Positions 1-9,959 of a stretch of DNA of 62,821 nt are shown here, one piece after another. The notes beneath the pieces were generated by a model. That model worked only from the letters and a program-made list of their open reading frames with translations. It did no database searches and had not been told where the DNA came from. Every line of letters begins with the position of its first letter. The stretch's first letter is position 1. The stretch lies in contig JBKOZJ010000015.1 in NCBI GenBank assembly GCA_046725875.1, positions 1-62,821 on the forward strand. Direction: 5' to 3'. The position numbers were made by a program, and so were the translations under genes. This DNA is from Actinomycetota bacterium. GTDB taxonomy: Bacteria > Actinomycetota > Actinomycetes > JAKEEW01.

Positions 1-135
1 CTCGGTGCGCGGCCGGTGCCACGCCGCCCGGTGCGCGCGGTGCTGGGTCGCGCCGGCCACCCAGCCCCAACCCGGCCCGCGCCGCCGCTGCCGGTCGGGT
101 GGGACCCGGGGGCAGGGAGGAGTGAGCCGGCATGA
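1..135 (+). CDS. 3' end of upstream gene (partial), probably part of the glycosyltransferase cluster
   Basis: Frame 1 is open from base 1 to TGA at 133-135, overlapping the next ATG (ATGA coupling). Product not recognisable. Confidence 0.4.
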   Translation, partial: LGARPVPRRPVRAVLGRAGHPAPTRPAPPLPVGWDPGAGRSEPA

Positions 136-1154
136 CCCGACGACGTGTCCTGGTGGCTCGACTAGACAGCGCCGGCGATGTCCTGCTCGCCGGGCCGGCC
201 GTGCGCGCCGTGGCGGCCGCGGCCGATGAGGTGATTTTCCTATGCGGGCCGCGCGGCCGAGCTGCGGCCGATTTGCTGCCTGGGGTGGATCGCATGCTGA
301 CGTGGCGGGCGCCGTGGATCGACCCGGACCCCTACCCCGTCGAGCGAGGCGACGCCGTCCGGCTGGTGTCGCGGGTCATCGCAGCGCGGGTCACCGAGGC
401 GCTCATCCTCACGTCGTACCACCAGTCAGCGCTGCCGCTCGCGCTGCTGCTCCGCCTGTCCGGGATCCGGCGAATCGCGGCCATCAGCGACGACTATCCC
501 GGCTCGCTGCTCGACCTGCGCTACCGGCTCGATGACGACATCCCGGAGGCCGAGCGTTCGCTCGTGCTCGCCGCGGCCGCCGGATTTCGGCTACCTCCCG
601 GCGACGACGGGCGCTTGCGGATTCGCGAGCCGCTGCCGGACGTGGGCGGCATCGTCGGCGAGCCCGGATATGTCGTCGTCCACCCGGGCACAGAGGCGCC
701 GGCCCGGGCCTGGCCCCCGGTGAACGCCGCCGCCGCGGTCCGCCTGCTCACCGAGGCTGGGCAGCGAGTCGTCGTCACCGGCTCGCCGGACGAGCGGAGC
801 CTCACGCAGTACGTGAGCGGCGAGTTCGGTATCGACATCGGTGGCCGTACCGATCTGCCTCAGCTCGCGGCCGTATGTGCCGGGGCCGCAACCGTCGTGG
901 TGGGCAACACCGGTCCAGCACACCTGGCGGCCGCCGTCGGCACGCCGGTTGTCTCCCTGTTCGCGCCGACTGTGCCGGCACAGCGGTGGGCACCGCACGG
1001 AGTCCCGACCATCCTGCTCGGCGACCAAACCGCTCCATGCGCCGGCACCCGGGCGAGGAACTGTCCGGTTCCAGGGCATCCATGCCTCGCCGGTGTAACG
1101 CCCGAAGACGTCGTCGAAGCGGTTGGCAAGCTCGTGGGGGTGCCCGCGGCATGA
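132..1154 (+). CDS. Glycosyltransferase family 9 (ADP-heptose heptosyltransferase-like)
   Basis: RLDSAGDVLL N-terminus, VHPG...RAWP, and NTGPAHLAAAVGTPVVSLF motif typical of GT9. Confidence 0.9.
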   Translation: MTRRRVLVARLDSAGDVLLAGPAVRAVAAAADEVIFLCGPRGRAAADLLPGVDRMLTWRAPWIDPDPYPVERGDAVRLVSRVIAARVTEALILTSYHQSALPLALLLRLSGIRRIAAISDDYPGSLLDLRYRLDDDIPEAERSLVLAAAAGFRLPPGDDGRLRIREPLPDVGGIVGEPGYVVVHPGTEAPARAWPPVNAAAAVRLLTEAGQRVVVTGSPDERSLTQYVSGEFGIDIGGRTDLPQLAAVCAGAATVVVGNTGPAHLAAAVGTPVVSLFAPTVPAQRWAPHGVPTILLGDQTAPCAGTRARNCPVPGHPCLAGVTPEDVVEAVGKLVGVPAA

Positions 1155-2116
1155 GGATCTTCGCCTGGCACGTTCACGGGTCCTGGATGACCGCGTTCGT
1201 CCACGGTCCGCACGACTACCTCGTTCCGGTCACCACGGCCCGCGATGCCGACGGTCTGGGCCGAGCCACGACCTATCGCTGGCCGCCGCAGGCCCGCGAG
1301 GTCAGCCCGGCGGAGCTGCGGCATTCCGAGGTGGACCTCGTCGTTCTGCAGCGCCCGCACGAGCTTGACCTGACGGCCGAATGGCTGGGCCGGCGACCCG
1401 GCCGAGACGTCCCAGCGGTCTACGTCGAGCACAACACCCCGGCCGGACACGCTCCGTCGACAAAGCACTTCCTCGCCGACCAGGACGCAATCCCCGTCGT
1501 GCACGTCACGCACTTCAACAACCTGATGTGGGACAGCGGCCGGGCACCCGTGCTCGTCGTCGAACACGGCATCGTCGATCCGGGCTATCGCTACTCCGGC
1601 GAATGGCCGCGAGCTGCGGTCGCCGTCAACGAGCCGCGACGCCGGGGCCGGGTGAGCGGCCTCGACCTGCTACCCGATTTCTGCGTCGCGGCACCGGTCG
1701 ACGTTTTCGGCATGGGCGTGACCGGCCTTCCAGACGTGCTCGGCCTGCCGGCGCCGTCGATGTGGACGTACGACGACCTGGCGCAGCCCGCGCTTCATGC
1801 GGAGATGGCAAAGCGTCGCGTTTATATCCACCCATACCGCTGGACCTCGCTCGGCCTGGCGCTGATCGAGGCCATGCACCTTGGCATGCCGGTCGTCGCG
1901 CTCGCGACGACGGAGGCGGTCGAGGCCGTACCACCCGAAGCAGGTGTCATATCCACTCGAGTCGACCGGCTCGTCGAAGCAGTTCGCCGGTTCGTGACCG
2001 ACCCGCACTGGGCCAGGCAAGCCGGAAAGGCGGCCCGGCAGGCGGCAACCGGACGGTACTCGCTCGCCCGGTTCATCACTGACTGGGACCGGGTGTTCAA
2101 GGAGGTAACCCGATGA
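1151..2116 (+). CDS. Glycosyltransferase (GT-B, family 4-like)
   Basis: MRIFAWHVHGSW start at ATGA overlap with previous stop; SLGLALIEAMHLGMPVV motif. Confidence 0.85.
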   Translation: MRIFAWHVHGSWMTAFVHGPHDYLVPVTTARDADGLGRATTYRWPPQAREVSPAELRHSEVDLVVLQRPHELDLTAEWLGRRPGRDVPAVYVEHNTPAGHAPSTKHFLADQDAIPVVHVTHFNNLMWDSGRAPVLVVEHGIVDPGYRYSGEWPRAAVAVNEPRRRGRVSGLDLLPDFCVAAPVDVFGMGVTGLPDVLGLPAPSMWTYDDLAQPALHAEMAKRRVYIHPYRWTSLGLALIEAMHLGMPVVALATTEAVEAVPPEAGVISTRVDRLVEAVRRFVTDPHWARQAGKAARQAATGRYSLARFITDWDRVFKEVTR

Positions 2117-3330
2117 AGATCGCCATGGTTTCCGAGCACGCCAGCCCGCTGGCCCCGATCGGCGGGGTCGACGCAGGTGGCCAGAACATCTATGTCGCCG
2201 CCCTCGGAAACGCGCTCGCCAAGGCGGGCCACCACGTCACTGTCTACACCCGGCGAGATGCGCCGGAGCTTCCGGACGAGGTGACGGTGCGGCCGCGATT
2301 CACCGTCTGCCACGTGCCGGCGGGGCCGGCCAAATACGTGCCAAAGGACGACCTGCTGCCCCATATGGGGGAGTTCGGCGCTTACCTCGCCGAGACGTGG
2401 TCTCGCCGACCGCCCGACTTGGTGCACTCGCACTTCTGGATGAGCGGGCTGGCCTCCTTGGTAGGGGCGCGCGATCTCGGGCTTCCGGTGGTCCAGACGT
2501 TCCACGCACTGGGCATCGTCAAGCGGCGCTACCAAGGCCGCAAGGACACCAGCCCGCCCGGCCGGCTTCGGCTGGAAACCGCGATCGCGAAGAACGTGGA
2601 CGCGATCGTGGCTACATCCACCGAGGAGCTCTTCGAACTGATCCGGCTGGGCGTCCGCCGACGCGCGATCAGCGTGATCCCGTGCGGCGTCGATCTGGAG
2701 ACGTTCTGCGCTGACGGCCCCGCTGCCGAGCGGAATGGCCGGCCGCGGCTGCTGGTCGTGGGGCGGCTGGTCGAGCGTAAGGGCGTCGACACAGCTATCC
2801 AGGCAATGCGCGCGATCCCGCGCGCCGAGCTCCTGGTCGTCGGCGGTCCACCGGCCGATGGGCTGCGCCGCGACCCCGAGGTGCGCCGGTTGCGCGCCGT
2901 TGCTCGGGAGCAGGGCGTGGCTCGCCGGGTGAAGTTCCTGGGCCAGCTGCCGCACAACGACGTTGCGGCGCTCATGCGTTCGGCCGACGCGGTCGTCTGC
3001 GTGCCGTGGTACGAACCGTTCGGGATGGTGCCGCTCGAGGCGATGGCCTGTGGCGTGCCGGTGGTCGTGTCGGCGGTCGGCGGACTGGTCGATACCGTCA
3101 TCCCCGGCACCACAGGTGTGCACGTACCGCCGCGGCGGCCGGACGCCCTCGCAGCCGCGCTCCGGAAGCTGCTCGCAGACCCGACCGGGCGGGAGGGCTA
3201 CGGGATCGCTGGAAGCGACCGGGCGAGATCGCGCTACTCGTGGGACCGCATCGGCCGCGAAACTCTCGGCGTCTACCAGCGAGTGCGGGCCGAGCGCGAA
3301 GGTCGGCGCGTGGCCCGGAGCGGTGCCTGA
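2113..3330 (+). CDS. Glycosyltransferase family 4 (MshA-like)
   Basis: SEHASPL..GGVDAGGQN, HSHFWMSG, EPFGMVPLEAMACG motifs; ATGA coupling. Confidence 0.9.
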   Translation: MKIAMVSEHASPLAPIGGVDAGGQNIYVAALGNALAKAGHHVTVYTRRDAPELPDEVTVRPRFTVCHVPAGPAKYVPKDDLLPHMGEFGAYLAETWSRRPPDLVHSHFWMSGLASLVGARDLGLPVVQTFHALGIVKRRYQGRKDTSPPGRLRLETAIAKNVDAIVATSTEELFELIRLGVRRRAISVIPCGVDLETFCADGPAAERNGRPRLLVVGRLVERKGVDTAIQAMRAIPRAELLVVGGPPADGLRRDPEVRRLRAVAREQGVARRVKFLGQLPHNDVAALMRSADAVVCVPWYEPFGMVPLEAMACGVPVVVSAVGGLVDTVIPGTTGVHVPPRRPDALAAALRKLLADPTGREGYGIAGSDRARSRYSWDRIGRETLGVYQRVRAEREGRRVARSGA

Positions 3331-4055
3331 TGCGTCCAGACGTTACCGGTCAGCTGCGCGAGCTCCAGGAGGCGCTAGACCGATTCGAACCATGGGTGGA
3401 CACGGTCGCCGACTGGGGTGAGCGGCTTGCCGATGTGCTGCGCCGTGGGGGCCGCCTGCTGACCTGCGGCAACGGTGGGAGCGCGGCCGAGGCGCAGCAC
3501 CTGGCCGCCGAGCTCGTCGGTCGGTTCCAGTCCGAGCGTAGGCCGTTCTCCGCCATTGCATTGCCGGCGGACACCGCATCGCTGACCGCGATCGGCAACG
3601 ACTACGACTTTGACCAGGTCTTCGCGCGGCAGGTGGTCGCGCACGGCCGGACCGGCGACGTGCTCATGCTGATGTCCACCAGCGGGATGAGCACGAACGT
3701 ATTGACCGCGGCGAACGCTGCCCGGGCGTACGGCATCACCACATGGGCCTTGACCGGGCGCGGCCCGAACCCATTGGCATCCGCCTGTGACGATGCCGTC
3801 GCTGTACCGGCGGACCAGACCGCCACCGTCCAAGAGGTACACCTCCTGGCCGTCCACCTGCTCTGCGCGGCAGTCGATCAAGCGCTCGACGTCTGCGTGC
3901 CGTCCGGTCCCGTCAGTGTCGAGCGGGAGCCGCGGACTGCTTCCCGGCCCGCAGCTCTGGCCCGGCGTCCAGCCGATCAGGTCATCCCGGCTCGGCGGCG
4001 GATCCGGCCGGCGATGCCTACGGCGGCCAGCCGGGCGGACCGCGCAGCCGGGTGA
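3330..4055 (+). CDS. gmhA: Sedoheptulose-7-phosphate (phosphoheptose) isomerase, SIS domain
   Basis: CGNGGSAAEAQHLAAELVGRF, TAIGNDY, STSG, QEVHL; TGATG overlap with previous stop. Confidence 0.9.
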   Translation: MRPDVTGQLRELQEALDRFEPWVDTVADWGERLADVLRRGGRLLTCGNGGSAAEAQHLAAELVGRFQSERRPFSAIALPADTASLTAIGNDYDFDQVFARQVVAHGRTGDVLMLMSTSGMSTNVLTAANAARAYGITTWALTGRGPNPLASACDDAVAVPADQTATVQEVHLLAVHLLCAAVDQALDVCVPSGPVSVEREPRTASRPAALARRPADQVIPARRRIRPAMPTAASRADRAAG

Positions 4056-4119
4056 CAGTACAAGAGCCTTGACCGAGCGCGGCGACCCTCCAATGTCGGC
4101 CGCGCAGCAGGAGGTTGAG

Positions 4120-4821
4120 ATGAGCGGTCCGGGCACGGTCCTCGTGACCGGGGGAGCGTCGGGCCTTGGCCGGGCGGTGGTGGAGGCGGTGGCGAAGGCC
4201 GGCGGGCGTCCGCTGGTCCTCGACATCACGTCGCCTCCACCCGAGCTGGCCCAGGTAAGCGAGGGCTACGAGGAGGTCGACCTCGCGGACGGTCGCGCCG
4301 CGGAGGAGGCCGTGCGGGCGCTTGCCCAGGCGGCGGGCGGCTTGGATGCCGTGTTCACGGCGGCCGGCATCGACCGGTGCGGCCCGCTGGGCGACGTGGC
4401 TGCCGACGAGTGGGAACGTGTGCTGCGGGTGAACCTGCTCGGAACCGCCGCGGTAGTCCGGGCAGCACTGCCCTACCTGCAAAGGTCCTCCGGCCGGGTG
4501 GTGACATGCGCGTCCACCCTCGGTCTGCGCGGGTTCGCCGACGCGACCGCGTACTGCGCGTCAAAGTTCGGTGTCGTCGGCTTCACCCGGGCCCTCGCCG
4601 CCGAGACGGCCGGCCGGGTGGGCGTCACGCTGCTCATCCCGGGTGGCATGGCGACCGCGTTCTTCGACGCGCGGGACGAGCAGTACAAACCGCCCTCGGA
4701 CGCGCGGCTGAACCGGCCCGAGGACGTCGCGGCGGCGGTGCTCTTCGCGCTGTCGCAGCCGGCCGGCTGCGAGATCCGCGAACTCGTGGTCTGCCCATCC
4801 GAGGAGCCGTCGTGGCCGTGA
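4120..4821 (+). CDS. SDR family oxidoreductase
   Basis: TGGASGLG and YCASK motifs; GGAGG just upstream of ATG 4120 (alternative ATG 4093). Confidence 0.9.
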   Translation: MSGPGTVLVTGGASGLGRAVVEAVAKAGGRPLVLDITSPPPELAQVSEGYEEVDLADGRAAEEAVRALAQAAGGLDAVFTAAGIDRCGPLGDVAADEWERVLRVNLLGTAAVVRAALPYLQRSSGRVVTCASTLGLRGFADATAYCASKFGVVGFTRALAAETAGRVGVTLLIPGGMATAFFDARDEQYKPPSDARLNRPEDVAAAVLFALSQPAGCEIRELVVCPSEEPSWP

Positions 4822-5963
4822 CCGGGGAGCAGGCTGACGATTCGCATCCCCGCGCAGGTGCGCCCGACGTCTTGGTTCTCCGCGCGCTCGGGCTGGGCGA
4901 CCTGCTCACGGGGGTCCCTGCGCTTCGTGCACTCCGGCGCGGGCTCCCTGCCCACCGGATCGTGTTGGCTGCGCCCGAAGTTCTGCGGCCCCTGGTTGCA
5001 CTGACCGGCGCGGTCCATGCCATGCTCCCCACCGAGGGGTTGCGCCGGCTCGAGTGGCCGGTCCGGCCGCCGGCGATCGCCGTGAACCTGCATGGCCGGG
5101 GGCCCGAGAGCCACCGCCTGCTGCTCGCGCTTGCCCCGGGCCCGCTGCTCGCCTTCGCGAACCCGAGCCTGCCCGGCGTCGGAGGTCCGGGCTGGGACGA
5201 GGAGGAGCACGAGGTCGTTCGGTGGTGCCGGCTGGTTCGCTCGTACGGGGTACGCGCCGATCCCAGCGACCTCATGCTTCGACTTCCGGCCAGCCCGAGC
5301 GTCGCCCCGGGCGCCGTAGTCGTCCATCCGGGTGCCGGGGACCCACGCCGGCGCTGGCCGGTCGATCGGTACGCAGCCGTGGCTCGCCACGCGCAACAAG
5401 CCGGCGAGCGCGTCGTCGTCACCGGATCGGCCGATGAGGCGGGCCTGGCAGTGCGGGTCGCGCGGCAGGCCGGCCTACGCCCGGATGCAGTCCTCGCCGG
5501 TCGGCTCGGTCTCGGCGATCTTGCGGCACTTGTGTCCACGGCCCGACTCGTCGTTGCCGGTGACACTGGGATCGCGCATCTGGCGACCGCCTACTGCACC
5601 CCCTCGGTGCTGCTGTTCGGGCCGACACCGCCCGCCCAGTGGGGACCGCCGCCGGAAAGGCGCCAGCACATCGTTCTGTGGAAAGGCCCGGCGGGACTCG
5701 CCGCGATCGGTGTGGCCGAGGTTGTCGCGGCCGTCGACCGCGCGCTCGATCATTTCGCCCGCGAGCTGGATGTGATCGCGTACGGCAAGACCCAAGGCGT
5801 GGCTGCGGTCACTGGCGTTCCAGGGACACATGTTGGCTCCCCTCGACGAGCCAAATCGCGCGGTTTACTCCAACCGGATCGGGCGGTGATGAGCCCGAGA
5901 CGTGGCGGGTTTCCTGACCATCCTGATCGGGCGGCGGCGACCGGGGTGAATGGCGTGGGCTGA
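4818..5963 (+). CDS. Glycosyltransferase family 9 (second copy)
   Basis: LRALGLGDLLTGVPALRAL, VHPGA..RRWP, DTGIAHLATA; GTGA overlap with SDR stop. Confidence 0.85.
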   Translation: MTGEQADDSHPRAGAPDVLVLRALGLGDLLTGVPALRALRRGLPAHRIVLAAPEVLRPLVALTGAVHAMLPTEGLRRLEWPVRPPAIAVNLHGRGPESHRLLLALAPGPLLAFANPSLPGVGGPGWDEEEHEVVRWCRLVRSYGVRADPSDLMLRLPASPSVAPGAVVVHPGAGDPRRRWPVDRYAAVARHAQQAGERVVVTGSADEAGLAVRVARQAGLRPDAVLAGRLGLGDLAALVSTARLVVAGDTGIAHLATAYCTPSVLLFGPTPPAQWGPPPERRQHIVLWKGPAGLAAIGVAEVVAAVDRALDHFARELDVIAYGKTQGVAAVTGVPGTHVGSPRRAKSRGLLQPDRAVMSPRRGGFPDHPDRAAATGVNGVG

Positions 5964-6125
5964 GCGCTGCGATCCTGGGGTTGTCGATTGCGCCGGGACT
6001 GGCCTGCCGTGCCGGGGCTCGGTCCGTGGACCGCCGTTGTCGATCCAACGTTCGACCCGCTCGAGTCCGAGCAGAGCGATCATCAGAACGACCGGCAGCG
6101 CCAGCGCCAGGACCGCATACTCCAT
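5865..6125 (-). CDS. Small single-pass membrane protein
   Basis: MEYAVLALALPVVLMIALLGLERVERW preceded by GAGGTG SD; 3' tail overlaps GT9 tail. Confidence 0.5.
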   Translation of the reverse strand: MEYAVLALALPVVLMIALLGLERVERWIDNGGPRTEPRHGRPVPAQSTTPGSQRSAHAIHPGRRRPIRMVRKPATSRAHHRPIRLE

Positions 6126-6270
6126 CGGGACCACCTCTGAACTAACCGCACGGCGGTTTCGTTCCATCCCTCTGGTGTCGCTCCTTCATCCTCTGACATG
6201 TCGCCCACCCGAGACACGCGTGTGACCCGCACGGCCTACGCAAATCCCCCGAATGCCAGACATGGACATG

Positions 6271-7230
6271 TCATGCCGCACGTAGCTCAGGGAGGACGCG
6301 GTCCCGGTAGAACTCGAAGAACCCATCCTGCTCGGGTCCGATCTGCGCGATGTAAACCTCGTCGAAGCCCGCGTCGACGTATTCCTTCACCGCTCGCACG
6401 TGCTCGCCCACGTCGTCCCCGCACACCTTCGTCGACGCAATCATGTCCTCGGTGACGAGCGCGGACAGCTGCTCGAAATGGCGCGGCATCGGAAGCAGCT
6501 GTGCTGCCTCGCCGGGAACAAGCTCGTTGGGCCAGCGCTCGTGAACCGTTTTGCGGGCGGCCGCCGCGTCCGAGGCCCAGCAAACCTTCAGCCCGGCCTG
6601 GGTGGATTTCTCAGCGCCGCCCAAGTCGCGGAACGTCGCCACGGCGTCGGCCTGCGGCTTGGTGCTGATAAACCCGTCCGCGATTTGCGCCGCGAGCTTG
6701 ATGGATTGTGGTCCAAAGCCGGACATGTAGATCTTCGGTGGTTCGCTGGGCAGCGTGTAGAGGCGTGCGGTGTCAACCGTGTAGTGGGGCCAGCGACCAT
6801 CCACCACCTTTCCGGTCCACAACTCACGCATGATCTCTACGGCTTCCGCGAGCATCTCGCGCCGTTCCCGGGCACTCGGCCAGCGCATTCCGACAACATG
6901 CTCGTTGAGCGCCTCGCCGGTCCCGATACCCAGCGTGAACTTGCCGCCCGTGATTACGGCGCTGGTCGCCGCGGCCTGCGCCACGACCGCCGGGTGCATG
7001 CGTCCGATCGGGCAGGTCACCGCCGTACCGATGGGCAGATTGGTGGTCTGCGCGAGCGCACCGATCACCGACCACACAAACGGGCTGTTGCCCTGCGCGT
7101 CATTCCACGGATGGAAGTGGTCGGAGATCCACAGCGCTTCGAAGCCGGCGTACTCCGCCATCCGCGCCTGGTCGATGAGCTCCCTTGGACCGAACTCCTC
7201 GCACGACAGGAAGTAGCCGAACCGCGTCAT
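6271..7230 (-). CDS. LLM-class F420-dependent oxidoreductase (G6PDH-like family)
   Basis: GYFLSCEEF, ISDHFHPW, GTGEALNEH motifs. Confidence 0.9.
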   Translation of the reverse strand: MTRFGYFLSCEEFGPRELIDQARMAEYAGFEALWISDHFHPWNDAQGNSPFVWSVIGALAQTTNLPIGTAVTCPIGRMHPAVVAQAAATSAVITGGKFTLGIGTGEALNEHVVGMRWPSARERREMLAEAVEIMRELWTGKVVDGRWPHYTVDTARLYTLPSEPPKIYMSGFGPQSIKLAAQIADGFISTKPQADAVATFRDLGGAEKSTQAGLKVCWASDAAAARKTVHERWPNELVPGEAAQLLPMPRHFEQLSALVTEDMIASTKVCGDDVGEHVRAVKEYVDAGFDEVYIAQIGPEQDGFFEFYRDRVLPELRAA

Positions 7231-7260
7231 GCTGGTCGTCCTCTCTGACCCTGGGGTGGT

Positions 7261-7536
7261 TCACGGACGAGTTTCCGCCGGCACAGGGGAACCGGCGCCT
7301 AGGATCTTGGCCGCTTGCCGCCGTCGCGCCCCGGCGCGTAGGCGCTCCGGATCGACCTCACGGGCCGGGAACCGCCGCAGATACTCGGCTTCCAGCGCGC
7401 GCATCCTGGTCGAGTGGGTGGACAGCGCTTGCTCGGAGCCGTGCCGCAGGGTCTCCAACCGCGTCTCGAGGAGGTGCCCGAGCTCGCGGAGCAGGTCGTC
7501 GTCGGGCAGCGCCGCAGGATGGATCCCGCACTCCAT
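7261..7536 (-). CDS. DUF6158-like small actinobacterial protein
   Basis: LPDDDLLRELGHLLETRLETLRHGSEQALSTHSTRMRALEAEYLRRFP pattern. Confidence 0.75.
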   Translation of the reverse strand: MECGIHPAALPDDDLLRELGHLLETRLETLRHGSEQALSTHSTRMRALEAEYLRRFPAREVDPERLRAGARRRQAAKILGAGSPVPAETRP

Positions 7537-7673
7537 AGTGATCGCTCCGGGTGGGTCGCTGCTGGCTCGCTCAAGTGGTACGCGAGGCCCGCATACCCCA
7601 CCGGATCCGGTTCTCACCACGCCGTTCTCAGAGAAGCTGGTGGGGTGGAGCGTGGAGCCGCAGAGGTCTAGTC

Positions 7674-8096
7674 TCAGCCGACCAGCTGGCTGCTCCGGCT
7701 GCTTTCCGCCGCCCGCCGGCTGTTCTCCTCCACCCAGCAGCGGACGATGTCTCGGACCGAGATGATGCCGACGACCTCGTTTTGGTCCACGACGATCAGA
7801 TGCCGGAAGCCGCCTCGGGTCATCGCCTCCGCCGCCTCCTCGAGGGTCCAGGTTGGGGCGGCGAAGACCAGGTCGCTGGTGAGGTGGGCCGCGGCAAGCT
7901 CGGTATCGGGGTTCTGGCCCGTGCCGATGGCCTCGAGAACGTCGCGCTCGGTCAGGATGCCGATGCCGGACCGGTCGGAGTCGAGGACCACCGCCGAACC
8001 GACCTTACGCTTCACCATGAAACCAGCGGCCTCCCGAAGCGTATGCGCTGGGCCGATCGACAAAACAACGTTGCTCATCCCGTCACGGACCAGCAT
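7674..8096 (-). CDS. CBS domain protein
   Basis: MLVRDGMS start with AGGAGG SD; GILTERD and FRHLIV...GIISVRDI CBS pair. Confidence 0.9.
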   Translation of the reverse strand: MLVRDGMSNVVLSIGPAHTLREAAGFMVKRKVGSAVVLDSDRSGIGILTERDVLEAIGTGQNPDTELAAAHLTSDLVFAAPTWTLEEAAEAMTRGGFRHLIVVDQNEVVGIISVRDIVRCWVEENSRRAAESSRSSQLVG

Positions 8097-8213
8097 CTGG
8101 GCACCTCCTGGGCGTCGCATTTCGGCGCTGCCACCCGGTCACCGGCCGCTTGGGACGCGTGACGACCGGCCCGGCGAGCGAGACGGCATACGTCCGTGCT
8201 CCCCAATCGTGCA

Positions 8214-8235
8214 CTTGTGAAAACGCCCTCACAAG
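8214..8235. promoter_or_regulatory. Palindrome CTTGTGA-N8-TCACAAG (operator or terminator stem)
   Basis: Perfect 7-bp inverted repeat between hisN stop and CBS gene start. Confidence 0.4.
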
Positions 8236-8247
8236 CACCCAATTCGC

Positions 8248-9030
8248 TCAAGGCTTCAGGGCGGCGAGCACCTCGTCGTGCAGCTTGCCGTTGGTGGCCA
8301 AGGCGCTCCCTCCGCCGGGGCCGGGAGCGCCGTCGAGATCGGTGAACCGACCCCCGGCCTCGGTGACGATTACGTCCAGGGCGGCCAGGTCGTGCAGGTC
8401 CACTTCGGGCTCGGCTGCCACGTCGACAGCCCCCTCCGCGACGAGCATGTACGACCAGAAGTCACCGTAGGCCCGAGTCCGCCAGCACGCATCCAGCAGA
8501 GCCAGAAACACATCTCGGCGGCCGACCGCGCGCCAGCCCCCGAGGCTGGAATAGGAGATGGAGGCGTCCGCGACCGCCGAGACATCGGATACCCGGCAGC
8601 GGGTTGCCGACATGAGGCTCCGCCCGGTGAAAGCACCCAACCCCCTTGATGCCCACCACCGGCGGTTCAGCGCCGGCGCGGAGACCACGCCAACGACGAC
8701 CTCGTCTCCCTCCATGAGGGCGATCAGCGTGGCCCATACCGGAACGCCCCTGATGAAGTTCTTCGTGCCGTCGATCGGGTCGATAACCCAGCGACGCTGC
8801 CCGCTGCTCGTCGCTCCGAACTCCTCGCCGACGATCGCGTCCCGCGGCCGGACCCGGGCAAGTGTCGCGCGCATCCGCTCCTCGACCGACCGGTCCGCAT
8901 CCGTTACCGGAGTGAGGTTGGGCTTGGACTCAACGACGAGATCGAGGGCGCGGAAGCGGTCCATTGCCGTCGCGTCGGCGCTGTCCGCGAGAACATGCGC
9001 AAAGCGCAGGTCGTCGTCATAGCCGGCCAT
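8248..9030 (-). CDS. hisN: Histidinol-phosphatase (inositol monophosphatase family)
   Basis: MAGYDDDL.., TPVTDAD, WVIDPIDGTKNF, RTRAYGDFWSY. Confidence 0.92.
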   Translation of the reverse strand: MAGYDDDLRFAHVLADSADATAMDRFRALDLVVESKPNLTPVTDADRSVEERMRATLARVRPRDAIVGEEFGATSSGQRRWVIDPIDGTKNFIRGVPVWATLIALMEGDEVVVGVVSAPALNRRWWASRGLGAFTGRSLMSATRCRVSDVSAVADASISYSSLGGWRAVGRRDVFLALLDACWRTRAYGDFWSYMLVAEGAVDVAAEPEVDLHDLAALDVIVTEAGGRFTDLDGAPGPGGGSALATNGKLHDEVLAALKP

Positions 9031-9242
9031 GACCGAGCACGCTAGCGCGAATGTCGGGCTTCCGTGGATCATCCCGGCCAGCGGATTGCGTGGTCGCGGC
9101 GGCGTCTGAGGCCGGGAAGGCAGCAGCACCGGGAACAACTCGGGATCGGGTGATCCCGCCGTCGAGCCCGACCCGCGACTTCAGCGTCGATCTGTGCCGG
9201 GTGCCCGCTCGTAGGCATGCGTGGGACGGGAAGATAGCCGCT

Positions 9243-9821
9243 GTGGAAGATCTCCTTGCTGAGAGAGCTGGAGCGGACGGTCCAGGTCTGGCCGTGGGCG
9301 TCGTCCGCCTCCTTGCCGACGAGCCGCGGCTGCCCGCGTTCGCGGCCGTCGTTCTTGGCCGCCGTTCGACAAGTGAGGTGGCGGCGGCCGCGGGTCTGAC
9401 CACTAGGGAGTCCGTCAGGATGTTGGCCCGACTGGAGGCCGGTGGCCTGGTTGACCGGGACGAGGACGGCTGGCGGCCGCGCCCCGACCGACTGCGAGCG
9501 GCAGTCTCGCTCGCGCGGTCAACCCAAGAGCCGCCCGACTTCGGCAACGTGGCCGCAGAGGCTGCCGCGGTACTTCGGATCTTCCTCCCGCACGGGCGGT
9601 TGGCCCAAATGCCGGCGCAGCGCGGCAAGCGCCGCGTCGTGCTCGACCACATCGCCCGCGTCTTCGAGCCGGGCGTCCGCTACCGCGAGCGCGACGTCAA
9701 CGCGCTGCTACGCGCGTTCTATGACGATTACGCCACGTTGCGCCGTTACCTCGTCGACGAGGGCTTCCTGGCCCGTGCGGGTGGCGAGTACTGGCGGGTC
9801 GGCGGAACCATCTTGGTCTGA
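9243..9821 (+). CDS. DUF2087 domain protein with N-terminal HTH
   Basis: C-terminal FEPGVRYRERDVNALLR..YDDYATLRRYLVDEGFL.R..GEYWR; start codon uncertain. Confidence 0.8.
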   Translation: MEDLLAERAGADGPGLAVGVVRLLADEPRLPAFAAVVLGRRSTSEVAAAAGLTTRESVRMLARLEAGGLVDRDEDGWRPRPDRLRAAVSLARSTQEPPDFGNVAAEAAAVLRIFLPHGRLAQMPAQRGKRRVVLDHIARVFEPGVRYRERDVNALLRAFYDDYATLRRYLVDEGFLARAGGEYWRVGGTILV

Positions 9822-9959
9822 TCCGCGTAACTGATCAGCCATGGCCGCCCGGGCGACGAGCAGGGGATCGGGATGATCTGAACCGTGTTGATCGGCTGAA
9901 CGTGATCGCAGTGGGGCCGCGCGCCCGCCGATCAGGGCTGGTCGGGTAGGGAGGGCGAG

